NCBI GenBank assembly: GCA_964544585.1
Contig: CAZJBV010000001.1
Coordinates: 45,330 to 109,329, forward strand
DNA length: 64,000 nt
Reading direction: 5' to 3'
From: an uncultured Gammaproteobacteria bacterium
Lineage (GTDB): Bacteria; Patescibacteriota; Microgenomatia; 2-02-FULL-39-11
Made by a program: the position numbers and the translations under genes. Below the pieces are notes generated by a model. It was not told the DNA's origin. It searched no databases and was given only the letters and a program-made list of their open reading frames with translations. Of this stretch, positions 1-9,317 are shown piece by piece. How positions within the stretch are numbered: the first letter of the stretch is position 1; each line of letters opens with the position of its first letter.

Positions 1-240
1 TTCGGCGGGAATGATTTTTTGATACAGACCCTCTTCCTGGGTTAAAGCCTTATTCATTGCTTTTTGAATTTCCTGCCAGGTGCCTTTACCGTTGAATTGA
101 CCTCTGATAAATACTTTTCCGATTTTTAATTTATTCATCCAGTAAGGGCATGGTACAATTTGGCCATTATCTAAATTGATATTTTCGTATTTTTTGACTA
201 TTTGGTTTAGAATATCAGATATTAAGGCTTTTGCGGTCAT
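1..240 (-). CDS. hypothetical protein, 5' part (runs off window start)
   Basis: ATG at 240, open frame MTAKALISDILNQIVKKYEN...PCPYWMN...GKGTWQEIQ to window edge, 9 bp downstream of the PAP2 gene. Confidence 0.6.
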   Translation of the reverse strand, partial: MTAKALISDILNQIVKKYENINLDNGQIVPCPYWMNKLKIGKVFIRGQFNGKGTWQEIQKAMNKALTQEEGLYQKIIPAE

Positions 241-249
241 GCTTATATC

Positions 250-885
250 CTACCAGAAAAAAAGTGCAAGTAAACCAAGTGAAAGTCCCAAAAATGTTCC
301 TCCGATGACGTCTGATAGCCAATGTTCACCTAAAGAAATTCTACTGACAAAAACTATAATGAACAGGGCCAAGGTTGTCGAATAGGCTATTAGTCTGTAT
401 GTCTTATTTTTTATCCAGAGGCTTATAAGAAAGATAATAATTACAGCAAAAAAAGCAGTTCTACCTACATGACCTGAGGGGAAGGCATAATTTGTATGAA
501 TAAAACTCGATGGAAAGCGTAATATAAATGTATTACGAAGATACTCTTGAGGGGGCCCTGGATGATAGATGGCAATTTTGCCAATAAGCTCGATGATTGC
601 TATCAAAAAGAATAATAAAATAGAGCTAAATATTTTCTTTTCTTTTAAGAAAATTAATATAAATAGAAGACCAACATAGATGAGGGAAAATTCAAATGAC
701 TGAACTACCGAAAGAGTCGAGAAAAAGGGATCTATCCAGACTGGAATTTTTGCTTGGAGGGCTAAAGTTACGGCTGGGTCGATTGGGTTGAAAAGACCAG
801 AATTGACGATTATAACGGTGATAATAAATAGGAAAAAAGAGAAGGAACTTGCTAAAATAAGCTTTTTCTTTGGGGTAGAAGTCAT
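250..885 (-). CDS. PAP2 family membrane phosphatase
   Basis: FPSGH and SRISLGEHWLSDVIGG motifs, multiple TM segments. Confidence 0.9.
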   Translation of the reverse strand: MTSTPKKKLILASSFSFFLFIITVIIVNSGLFNPIDPAVTLALQAKIPVWIDPFFSTLSVVQSFEFSLIYVGLLFILIFLKEKKIFSSILLFFLIAIIELIGKIAIYHPGPPQEYLRNTFILRFPSSFIHTNYAFPSGHVGRTAFFAVIIIFLISLWIKNKTYRLIAYSTTLALFIIVFVSRISLGEHWLSDVIGGTFLGLSLGLLALFFW

Positions 886-890
886 TAATT

Positions 891-1442
891 TTACCTTTCA
901 ATTGTAAAATATTGGCCTTTGGGAATATAATTTTTAATTTTATAATCGTAGTTGAATTTTTTATTATCGAGAAAGGCCTTCAGAATAACCATTGGGTCTC
1001 CATGCGATACAGCCAGTACGGTTCTACCAGGATATTTTTTCGTAATTAATCTTACGAATTTTAGCATTCTATTTTTTATCGACTCTGGTGATTCGATACC
1101 TTTTCTCTGCCACAATTTAGTATAAAATATTGGTTCAATAAATTTATGAAAATACTCAGTATTTATACTTTCGACGGGGCGACTATCAACTTCGATGAGA
1201 AGTCTCGTTATGATTGGTTTTTTATCTAAAAATTTGCCAATTAGATTTGCCGTTTGTTTGGTGCGAAGTAAGGGGCTCGTAAATATTATGTCGATGCTTT
1301 CATTCTGAAGTTTTTTAGCAATGTCTTTGATATCTTTTATTCCTTTTGTCGATAAGGGAAATCCGGAAAGTCTTCCGTAAACTTGCTTTTCTGGATTTTC
1401 CACCTCTCCATGACGAAGAAAGATAATTTTAGTTTTCGGCAT
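891..1442 (-). CDS. histidine phosphatase (phosphoglycerate mutase-like) family protein
   Basis: RHGE, SPLLRTKQTA and VSHG motifs. Confidence 0.9.
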   Translation of the reverse strand: MPKTKIIFLRHGEVENPEKQVYGRLSGFPLSTKGIKDIKDIAKKLQNESIDIIFTSPLLRTKQTANLIGKFLDKKPIITRLLIEVDSRPVESINTEYFHKFIEPIFYTKLWQRKGIESPESIKNRMLKFVRLITKKYPGRTVLAVSHGDPMVILKAFLDNKKFNYDYKIKNYIPKGQYFTIER

Positions 1443-2544
1443 TAAATAAACTAATTAATTTTTCTGCTGTCTTATTCCAAGTATACATTTTACTTATTTT
1501 TTCCCCAAACTTACCCATAGAAATTCTGAGATTATTGTCTTTGACAAGTCTGTCTAAACTATTCATAAGCTCACCTTTATCTCCAGGAGTAAAAAGATAG
1601 CCATTTTTTCCTTGCCTTATAATTTCTGGGAGTCCACCAACCCTGGAAGCAATAACAGGAAGACCGCACGACATGGCCTCAAGAGAAGTCAGGCCAAAAG
1701 TCTCGGCAAAGGATGGAATTATCAAGATATCTGCAGCGGTATAAAATTTAGGCAAAATTTTATAGGGAATGGCACCAAAAAATTTGATATACTCCGACTT
1801 TTCCTGAATAAGATTATTTCCCTCACCGACGATTACAAGTCTTGTGTCATAGTTTGTGCTACTATTCCATTTTTTATATACCGATAAAAGAAAGTTTATT
1901 CCTTTTATTTTTTCTGTTCTGCCGACAAAAAGAAGGATAAGGGGTGAAAGTGGCAGACCCACTTCGAGCCTTATATTTATTTTATTTTGGGGAAAAAATT
2001 GTTGATGATTGACTCCGGGGTAAATTATATGTATTTTATTTTTGGCATTTCCATAATATTTTTCTAAAATTTTTGTTTCATATTTTGAAAGAGGAATAAT
2101 TTTATCTGCAGAATCAAATACTTTTTTTTCGCTTGTAAATCTTTGTGGGTCGCGACCTTCGAATCCTTCCTTGATTTTAGAAAGAGAGTGGAATGTGTGA
2201 TATAAGGGGATGCCAAATTTTTTCTTTAGTTCTATTCCAACACAACCTGATAAATAATAATGGCTATAGAAAAAATCATATTTCTTGTTTTTCTTGTTTA
2301 TGTAATCGGCGATTTCTGTTGAAGTTTGTAAACTGTTTCGAAGATGAATTAAATGAATATTTTTGTCAATTAAGCTGACTTCATGGGTGTTTTGGTGAGA
2401 GCAAGTAAACACGTCTACTTCGATTTCTTTTTGGGATAGTTTTTTTATTAGATTGCGGATAAATATGCTCATGCCGCCGTTTTTGCCAAATCCAACCGTA
2501 GATAAAGGACACGACCAAGTGGAAATAAAGGCGATAGACGTCAT
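1429..2544 (-). CDS. GT4 glycosyltransferase, MshA-like
   Basis: CPL..G..GGMSIF, HYYLSG, HTFHSL, ETFGLTSLEAMSCG motifs. Confidence 0.85.
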   Translation of the reverse strand: MTSIAFISTWSCPLSTVGFGKNGGMSIFIRNLIKKLSQKEIEVDVFTCSHQNTHEVSLIDKNIHLIHLRNSLQTSTEIADYINKKNKKYDFFYSHYYLSGCVGIELKKKFGIPLYHTFHSLSKIKEGFEGRDPQRFTSEKKVFDSADKIIPLSKYETKILEKYYGNAKNKIHIIYPGVNHQQFFPQNKINIRLEVGLPLSPLILLFVGRTEKIKGINFLLSVYKKWNSSTNYDTRLVIVGEGNNLIQEKSEYIKFFGAIPYKILPKFYTAADILIIPSFAETFGLTSLEAMSCGLPVIASRVGGLPEIIRQGKNGYLFTPGDKGELMNSLDRLVKDNNLRISMGKFGEKISKMYTWNKTAEKLISLFNAEN

Positions 2545-3902
2545 TTGTTGAGTTTTTCTATGAATTCCTCTTCTTCTTTGGCTAACTGTTCATCGAGATC
2601 CGCAAGTCGATTCTCTTCATCGGTCAGCCAAAGATTGTTTTTCATTTTGTCAAGTATACGGGTGGCATTGGCCTTTCTTTGATAAAGAGAATCGAGTAAT
2701 TTTTGTAAGTCGTCTTTATCTACAGAATCATTTTCTTTGAGGCTTTCCCAGGATGGAATGACTTCATTTAATTTGTCGACGAGTTTTTGCCATGATTCTA
2801 TTGTATCTTTTGAATAATTGGGCGGTTTGTAACCTCCAAAGTGAATAACGATTGCTTGCACGGGACAGGCATTTATTTCTCCCAATACTACACCGATGCC
2901 AATATCCTGATACTGTCTATCAATAGCAATTTTTTTAGTTTCCGGAAATTGAAAAATATTTTCCAGAAGTTCTTCTTCGTCATAATAACCTTGGGAAACG
3001 GTTTCGGCAAAAAGTATATTTTTGTAACCGCTACTTTTTACAGCGTCTTCTAGCGTATACCCACTTTGAGTTGCCTCGATGGAAAAATCATTGGTTTGAA
3101 TCATAATTTCGGCGCGGCTTTTGGCTGAACTGGCGAGGAGTTGGTTTGGTTTTAATTGTGGTACACCTTCTTCTACCCTTTTATTATTTAAAAGGGAAAC
3201 AAAGTTTTGGGTATTTAAGGTAACTTGGTGGGCGGTATTCCCATCCATATCGGTATTGCGCCATAGCTTTTTGTACTCATCCTGCTCTTGAAATGGTAAA
3301 AAATGGAGAACATCTTTAATATTGACGAGACTTAGCTCATGTCGGGAGTCGAGACTAGCTTTTCTGTTGTCGCCCATAACGAAGATTTGGCCATCGAGCA
3401 CTGTCAGTTTTTTGCAATCTGCCAAAAATGAGCCTCCGAATGTGGAGCGAGGTTTGGCAGTATAAGGCTCTTTAATCAGCTGACCATTTCTATAGACAAA
3501 CCCGTCGCGAATTTCGATGGTATCACCGGGAAGACCAATAATTCTTTTAACGAATCCGGCTTTTTCTCCATATTTTTCTGTGCTGATTTTGTCTGTTGTG
3601 GCATTTTCAAAATCAACGATATCCCCAAAAGACAGATTTTGGGGGAAAAGATGAAGGCCTAATATATTTATACCTCCCGGATACGTCTTTACTTTAGGCC
3701 AAGCGACTGTATTTCTGGCATTTGTAACATCATTGTCACTAGTACCTTTGGGGAATGTGGGATACATGGATCCTGTGCCGGCTATTCTTATTTCGTCTTT
3801 GACTATACCTATATTTCGTAAAATCCCGCGTAAAGTGGCTGCGTTCAGACCAATTACTAGGGCGATGAGTAGAGTGCAAACTGCGAGAATAATTTTTTTC
3901 AT
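2541..3902 (-). CDS. signal peptidase I (S26) fused to CAP domain
   Basis: GSMYPT (Ser), VKRIIGLPGD (Lys), GDNRKASLDSR; then NNKR...L..SAKSRAEIM...YQDIGIGV CAP pattern. Confidence 0.8.
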   Translation of the reverse strand: MKKIILAVCTLLIALVIGLNAATLRGILRNIGIVKDEIRIAGTGSMYPTFPKGTSDNDVTNARNTVAWPKVKTYPGGINILGLHLFPQNLSFGDIVDFENATTDKISTEKYGEKAGFVKRIIGLPGDTIEIRDGFVYRNGQLIKEPYTAKPRSTFGGSFLADCKKLTVLDGQIFVMGDNRKASLDSRHELSLVNIKDVLHFLPFQEQDEYKKLWRNTDMDGNTAHQVTLNTQNFVSLLNNKRVEEGVPQLKPNQLLASSAKSRAEIMIQTNDFSIEATQSGYTLEDAVKSSGYKNILFAETVSQGYYDEEELLENIFQFPETKKIAIDRQYQDIGIGVVLGEINACPVQAIVIHFGGYKPPNYSKDTIESWQKLVDKLNEVIPSWESLKENDSVDKDDLQKLLDSLYQRKANATRILDKMKNNLWLTDEENRLADLDEQLAKEEEEFIEKLNK

Positions 3903-3912
3903 CTAAGAGATA

Positions 3913-4992
3913 CTAGTTATATCTTAGCACCAGGGAGAGAAGTGATTCCACATCCTCTAATGAATGTTGGGGGAAATTGGCAATTCTTATTTGTTTGTCT
4001 TTGAAATCTTTGTAACCACTTCCGACTATATAGCCTTTTTCTTTTAAATAATTAAGAATTTGTTTTGAACCTCCGGCTATATTTAAGACTGCGACTGTAA
4101 GGGATCTAAATCTTTCCTCTTTGACGAATGGTGTAAACTTGTTATTTTTTTGTGTTAAGTAATAAATTTTTCTTGCTTTTATTATAGTTTCTTTACGGAT
4201 TGCGTTTAATCCTTTTTTATTCATGTCTTGGCAAACTTTTCCGAAAAGATAAATATTTAAGACATTTGGAGTTTCTGGAGTTTCATTTTTTTCATAATAT
4301 TTTAAATAATTTTCAAAAGAGTGATATGATCCTTGGGAAGTTTTTTTCTTTTTGACGGACATTGCCCTATTGATGACGTTGGGTTTGAGAATAAGTACGC
4401 CAAGGCCTGCCGGAAGTCCAAATCCCTTTTGCACGGAGAAAAAAACACAGTCGATCAGGGAAAAATCTACATTCACAAATGGAGCCGATGAGACGATATC
4501 CAGGGCAATAAGAGACTTTGGGAATCTTTTTTGGAAAGAATAAATATCTTCCATCGGAATCATGACGCCTGTCGAAGTTTCGTTTTGGGTAAAACAGGCG
4601 ATTTCAAAATTTATTGGAATTTTTAATTTATTAAAATCAAAGCCTTCCCCCATAGGTACTTCTATTTTTTTAGTATTGATGCTGAGACTTGTGGCGACCT
4701 TATAGAAAAGATTTGAAAATGAGCCGTTGACAAAATGGAGGCTATCTTTGATAACTAAATTTTCGATTATCCGCTCCATAGCTTCGGTAGCGGAAGATAA
4801 AAAAAAGACATAATGGCCTTTTGGAACCCGATACAGTTTTTTAAATTGGGCGATGGCACCTGAATAAATTTCATGAAATTTGTCTCCCCTATGGGAAATT
4901 GAGGGAATATTTAATGCTAGCGCTTCCTTAATATAACGATTTACAGTGGGATAGAGTTGGGAGGGGCCGGGAGTAAAGAAGATCTTTTTCAT
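3913..4992 (-). CDS. serC: phosphoserine aminotransferase (class V PLP enzyme)
   Basis: FTPGPSQ, SHR, NETSTG, SVQKGFGLPAGLG, TPETPN; adjacent to serA. Confidence 0.8.
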   Translation of the reverse strand: MKKIFFTPGPSQLYPTVNRYIKEALALNIPSISHRGDKFHEIYSGAIAQFKKLYRVPKGHYVFFLSSATEAMERIIENLVIKDSLHFVNGSFSNLFYKVATSLSINTKKIEVPMGEGFDFNKLKIPINFEIACFTQNETSTGVMIPMEDIYSFQKRFPKSLIALDIVSSAPFVNVDFSLIDCVFFSVQKGFGLPAGLGVLILKPNVINRAMSVKKKKTSQGSYHSFENYLKYYEKNETPETPNVLNIYLFGKVCQDMNKKGLNAIRKETIIKARKIYYLTQKNNKFTPFVKEERFRSLTVAVLNIAGGSKQILNYLKEKGYIVGSGYKDFKDKQIRIANFPQHSLEDVESLLSLVLRYN

Positions 4993-6888
4993 TTAATATA
5001 AGACTCTTAATTTGATGGTTTCGGGCATTTTTTTCAACGCATCTATGACGTCTTGTTGATATGTTTTATTTACATCGGTGATGACATAACCAATATATTC
5101 ATTGGTTTTGAGGTATTGACCCTCGATATTGATCTTATGCTCGGCGAGTAAACTATTAATTTTGGCTAAAACTCCAGGAACATTTTGATGTATGTGAATT
5201 AACCTGTGAGCATTTTTTAGTTCTGGGAGTTGAAGATTGGGGAAATTGAGACTGAGAGTAGTATTACCTGTATTTATATAATTTATTACTTTTTCGGGAA
5301 CAAATTTTCCCATATGAGCTTGGGCTTCTTCTGATCGACCGCCAATATGTGGCGTAAGAATGACATTTTCTAGATTTTGCAGCGGTGAAGAAAAAGGCTC
5401 CGTATTACTTTTGGGTTCTTTGGGAAAAACGTCGAGTCCGGCGCCAAGAATTTTTCCTGTTTTGATATATTTTATCAGTGCATTTATATCTACGATGTGT
5501 CCCCTACTGGTGTTGACCAAAATTGCACCTTCTTTCATTAAACGAAACTCTTTTTCGGAAATTAAATTTGTATTTTCCTTTCTTCCATCCATATGGAGGG
5601 TGATGACGTCTGCAGTTTGCAGTAATTCTTTTAATGATTTACAAGGTTTGGCATTGCCAAGTGGAAGCCTCTCAATAATGTCATAAAAATAGACTTCCAT
5701 GCCAAGCATTTCGGCCAGGATGGAAACTTGAGAACCAATATTGCCATAGCCAATGATGCCCAATTTTTTGCCTTTTACTTCGTGGCAATTTTTAGCGCTT
5801 TTATCCCAGATGCCTTTGTGCATTTTGACGCTTTTTTCAAAGGTTCTTCTATAGAGCAAAATTATCTCTCCGATGACCAATTCAACGACACTTCTGGTAT
5901 TACTAAATGGTGCATTAAAAACAATAATTCCTTTTTGGGCACATGCAGCAAGATTTATATTGTTGACGCCTATACCGAACCGAGCTACGGCCATTAATTT
6001 GGGTGAATTTTCAGCTATTAATTGAGTAATTTGGGTCCGAGAACCTATACCAACAACGTGTATGTCTTTTAAATTGTCGAAGAGTTCCTCTTCATCAATA
6101 GACTGGGGTAATGATTCTACTTGATATCCCTCTTTTTTAAATGCATCATAGGCATTTTTATGAATATTTTCTAAAAGAAGTACTTTAATTCTATTTTTGG
6201 GATATGAAAGGGCTCTGGGCATACGCATAATATACAAGAACTCGTCGAGATTTGGAAGAAGATAATCTGCTTTGTTGGCAACGCTTTCTCTTCTAATATT
6301 CTCGCTGAAGAGAAAAAATTTGTCTGCAGATCCTTCCTTTTTTATTTCGTAGTCTGTGAAGCCGTCGCCAATTGCATAGATTGTTCCTTTTAAATTAAGC
6401 GTTTTTATCCTTTTAAACTTTCCTCCTTTTTGGGAAAGAAGATTTTTTCTATCAAAACCTTTGATTTGGTCTTTTTTGTTAAAGATAAATTCATTTGCCA
6501 GGATGTGATTTTCCTTTATGCCAAATAGTTTGAAGATGGGAGCTATATATTCTTTAAATCCGCCCGAAATAATAAAAATGTTATCTTTGTATTGTTTGAA
6601 AAATTCTTTATTTCTTATAATCGATGGGGTAATATTTTTCCTTAGAATTTTAATCAATTTGGCTATATGGTTTTTATTGGCATTAAATAATTTAATTCTT
6701 TTCTCCAGTGAAGTATCAAATGGAATCTTACCCGTCATCCCCTGATTGGTAAAATCTCGTATTTTTTCCATGATTTCCGCTTTCTTGGGATTTTCTTCCA
6801 GCGATATTTCTGCCAGTTTCTCTAATGATTCGATTTTGATGAAAGTACTATCGAAATCGATAATAAAAAAGAGATTGTGACTTTTCAT
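4993..6888 (-). CDS. serA: fused HAD phosphoserine phosphatase-like domain + D-3-phosphoglycerate dehydrogenase + ACT
   Basis: N-term DFDST, SGGF, GDGFTD (HAD); then NAPFSNTRSV, GIIGYGNIG, LTPHIGG, HQNVPGVLA; start chosen at MKSHN. Confidence 0.9.
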   Translation of the reverse strand: MKSHNLFFIIDFDSTFIKIESLEKLAEISLEENPKKAEIMEKIRDFTNQGMTGKIPFDTSLEKRIKLFNANKNHIAKLIKILRKNITPSIIRNKEFFKQYKDNIFIISGGFKEYIAPIFKLFGIKENHILANEFIFNKKDQIKGFDRKNLLSQKGGKFKRIKTLNLKGTIYAIGDGFTDYEIKKEGSADKFFLFSENIRRESVANKADYLLPNLDEFLYIMRMPRALSYPKNRIKVLLLENIHKNAYDAFKKEGYQVESLPQSIDEEELFDNLKDIHVVGIGSRTQITQLIAENSPKLMAVARFGIGVNNINLAACAQKGIIVFNAPFSNTRSVVELVIGEIILLYRRTFEKSVKMHKGIWDKSAKNCHEVKGKKLGIIGYGNIGSQVSILAEMLGMEVYFYDIIERLPLGNAKPCKSLKELLQTADVITLHMDGRKENTNLISEKEFRLMKEGAILVNTSRGHIVDINALIKYIKTGKILGAGLDVFPKEPKSNTEPFSSPLQNLENVILTPHIGGRSEEAQAHMGKFVPEKVINYINTGNTTLSLNFPNLQLPELKNAHRLIHIHQNVPGVLAKINSLLAEHKINIEGQYLKTNEYIGYVITDVNKTYQQDVIDALKKMPETIKLRVLY

Positions 6889-6925
6889 TGGGAGGATTAT
6901 AATGCAAATCAATTTATAAAAAAAT

Positions 6926-8014
6926 ATGGCTTCTTATAAAATTGCTGTTATACCTGGAGATGGGGTCGGGCAAGAAGTTTCCCAAGAGGCAATTAAAATT
7001 TTAAAAGCTGTCTCTAAAAAATACGCATTTAATGTAAGACTTAATACATTTGACTGGGGTTGTGACTATTATTTGAAAAATGGGAAAATGATGCCTCCCG
7101 ATGCTCTGGAAATTTTGAAGCCGTTTGAGGCAATATTTTTAGGGTGTATTGGGGATAGTAAAAAAGTTCCTGATCATATTGCTTTGACTTTACTGCTTAA
7201 GATTAGAAAAGGTTTTGATCAGTATGTAAACTTGAGGCCGATCAAACTCTATCGGGGAGTTACATCTGTTGTTAACACTGCTTTGCCTGAAACTATCGAT
7301 ATGATTGTAGTCCGAGAAAACACAGAGGGTGAATATTCTTCTACTGGAGGTTTTTTTAAAAAAGATACCCCCGACGGATTTGCAATACAAACAAGCATAT
7401 TTACACGAAGGGGATGCGAAAGAGTGATGCGCTATGCTTTTGAGCTGGCTCGCAAAAGAAAAAAATTTGGCCGAAAAAAACCTTTTGGGATGGTAACTAA
7501 CTGTACAAAATCGAATGCTTTAAATTATTCGATGGTGTTTTGGGATTCTGTTTATCAAAAAGTTTCTAAAGATTATTCGGATATTAAAACAGATATGGCT
7601 TTGGTTGATGCATTATGTATGTGGCTAGTTAAAAATCCCGGATATTTTGACGTGATTGTGGCATCAAATCTGTTTGGGGATATAATTACTGATTTGGGGG
7701 CTATGCTCCAAGGAGGGATGGGGTTTGCTGCTGGTGGAAATATAAATCCGGAAAAAGTTTATCCCTCGATGTTTGAACCAATTCATGGATCGGCGCCTAA
7801 ATATGCTGGTAAATCGATTGTCAATCCGATTGCATCAATTGAAGCTATCCGAATGATGCTTGAACATATTGGAGAAGAAAAGGCGGCAGACGATATCCAA
7901 AAATCTGTAGAAAAAGTTTTAATTGAGGGTAAAGTAAAAACTGCCGATATGGGAGGAAAAAATAAAACTTACGAAATGGGTGATGTTATAAAAAAGGCTC
8001 TACTTTCAGGTTAG
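6926..8014 (+). CDS. tartrate/D-malate/3-isopropylmalate-type decarboxylating dehydrogenase
   Basis: PGDGVGQEV, VRENTEGEYS, TKSN, NLFGDIITD, EPIHGSAP; FDWGCDYY resembles the tartrate dehydrogenase subgroup. Confidence 0.85.
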   Translation: MASYKIAVIPGDGVGQEVSQEAIKILKAVSKKYAFNVRLNTFDWGCDYYLKNGKMMPPDALEILKPFEAIFLGCIGDSKKVPDHIALTLLLKIRKGFDQYVNLRPIKLYRGVTSVVNTALPETIDMIVVRENTEGEYSSTGGFFKKDTPDGFAIQTSIFTRRGCERVMRYAFELARKRKKFGRKKPFGMVTNCTKSNALNYSMVFWDSVYQKVSKDYSDIKTDMALVDALCMWLVKNPGYFDVIVASNLFGDIITDLGAMLQGGMGFAAGGNINPEKVYPSMFEPIHGSAPKYAGKSIVNPIASIEAIRMMLEHIGEEKAADDIQKSVEKVLIEGKVKTADMGGKNKTYEMGDVIKKALLSG

Positions 8015-8154
8015 GGAAAAAAAACCTTCCAGATTAAAAAAATGATAACCACAACAAGTATAATCCCCAACCAAAAAGGTAAAAATGTCAAAAAAAGAAG
8101 AAAAAGACCTAAAGCTATAAGTGCAAGAAGGATTTTGGGGAAATTAATGGTCAT
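8011..8154 (-). CDS. 47-aa hydrophobic membrane protein (below ORF-track cutoff)
   Basis: MTINFPKILLALIALGLFLLFLTFLPFWLGIILVVVIIFLIWKVFFP*, preceded by TTGACA-17-TAATAT. Confidence 0.55.
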   Translation of the reverse strand: MTINFPKILLALIALGLFLLFLTFLPFWLGIILVVVIIFLIWKVFFP

Positions 8155-8205
8155 TTGATTTCTATATTAAGAGTTCGAAATTCAGTTGTCAATGGTTTGA
8201 AATTT

Positions 8206-8245
8206 TTATCTTAGTTCTGGATAGTGGCATTTTTTCCATTTTTTA
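8206..8245 (-). repeat. relic copy of secA 3' end (KKWKKCHYPELR*)
   Basis: 8222-8245 identical over 24 bp to secA 13579-13602. Confidence 0.85.
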
Positions 8246-8260
8246 AAACTTTCCACCTTT

Positions 8261-8689
8261 TTAATCTTTGTCTTTTAGAATGGTCAGAAAATCGTTGGGA
8301 GTAACCAGTGTTATTCCTTCATAGGAACTACCAATCTTTCTCATGAGTGGACCATCTCCGGTCACCAAATAATCTACTTGTGCACTTAATGCTGTCGCCA
8401 AGGTAAGATCGTCTTCAGGATGTGTAGCGACTCCTTCAATTTTGACTATTATGGGAGTAATGGTAGCTTCATTTTGTAATAATTCAATAAAAGATATTAC
8501 CTCGTTTGGGCTGACCCGCTGTTGGAAATATGGTTTTTGAAGTGTTCGGGTTAATTCAACCAAAATGTGTTCTGAAACCACAAGATTAAATTGTCCGTCT
8601 CTCCAAGCATCAAGTATTTGACCCGGAGGAGTTGAGGTGGTTAGTGTGCCGGATGCTAAGATATTGGTATCTAATACTGCGAAAACCAT
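8261..8689 (-). CDS. PIN-domain toxin (putative TA system toxin)
   Basis: VLDTNI, HPEDD, LVTGD motifs. Confidence 0.9.
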   Translation of the reverse strand: MVFAVLDTNILASGTLTTSTPPGQILDAWRDGQFNLVVSEHILVELTRTLQKPYFQQRVSPNEVISFIELLQNEATITPIIVKIEGVATHPEDDLTLATALSAQVDYLVTGDGPLMRKIGSSYEGITLVTPNDFLTILKDKD

Positions 8690-8692
8690 GCA

Positions 8693-8995
8693 TTAATTAC
8701 GATTATCACTTACTCGTTTTTCTTTTCTTACTTCACTAAGTGCATTGTTTACCTCTTTTGCTATCTCTTGTGGAGGAACATTTTTAAATGCTTCCCGGAT
8801 TCGATCTAAAACTTTGAATCGTTCTCTACGCTGTTTCTCAAGCTGTGTAAATCTTTCTAAATCTTCTGCTGATATAACAGCTGCCACCGGAATACCACTC
8901 TTTTTTACCACGACTCTGGTCTGTCCACGAAATATTTTATTAAGCAGTTGGCTCCATTGTTGTCTCACGTCTGAAGATTTCATTGTTTGAGTCAT
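8693..8995 (-). CDS. Phd/YefM-type antitoxin
   Basis: R..WSQLLN...VVVKKSGIPVAAVIS pattern, directly upstream of PIN toxin. Confidence 0.85.
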   Translation of the reverse strand: MTQTMKSSDVRQQWSQLLNKIFRGQTRVVVKKSGIPVAAVISAEDLERFTQLEKQRRERFKVLDRIREAFKNVPPQEIAKEVNNALSEVRKEKRVSDNRN

Positions 8996-9002
8996 ATTTA
9001 TA

Positions 9003-9045
9003 CCTCCTGTTCGTACATATTAGTACGAAACTGTACGAAAGTCAA
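9003..9045 (-). promoter_or_regulatory. TA promoter with TTCGTAC operator repeats and AGGAGG RBS
   Basis: TTGACT-17-TAATAT; palindrome TTCGTAC-TAATAT-GTACGAA spanning -10 plus a third TTCGTAC. Confidence 0.7.
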
Positions 9046-9089
9046 GCTTCGAGTTAGATTATTTGTGTAACAAATTAATAGAGCAATTT

Positions 9090-9113
9090 TTATTCGAGAT
9101 CAGGATAGTGGCA
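9090..9113 (-). repeat. relic copy of secA 3' end (CHYPDLE*)
   Basis: TGCCACTATCC core followed by in-frame stop; preceded by codons for RKR. Confidence 0.7.
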
Positions 9114-9124
9114 ACGTTTTCTGT

Positions 9125-9304
9125 TTAATTGATCTTCTTTTCCCTGTCATTGTTGATCTTTTTTATTCTTTCTTCAAAATGCTTTCCGTACATGGTACAA
9201 CCTTCTGTTCCGCATTTTATCAAGCCATTTTTATATCTTTCCTCTGAAATTTCTGCATGGCATGTACCAGTACAGACATAAACTTTAGTCATTTTGGAAT
9301 TCAT
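9125..9304 (-). CDS. 59-aa Cys-rich small protein (possible zinc binder)
   Basis: MNSKMTKVYVCTGTCHAEISEERYKNGLIKCGTEGCTMYGKHFEER...; CxxxC and CxxxxC. Confidence 0.65.
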   Translation of the reverse strand: MNSKMTKVYVCTGTCHAEISEERYKNGLIKCGTEGCTMYGKHFEERIKKINNDREKKIN

Positions 9305-9317
9305 ATTAATATGTATT

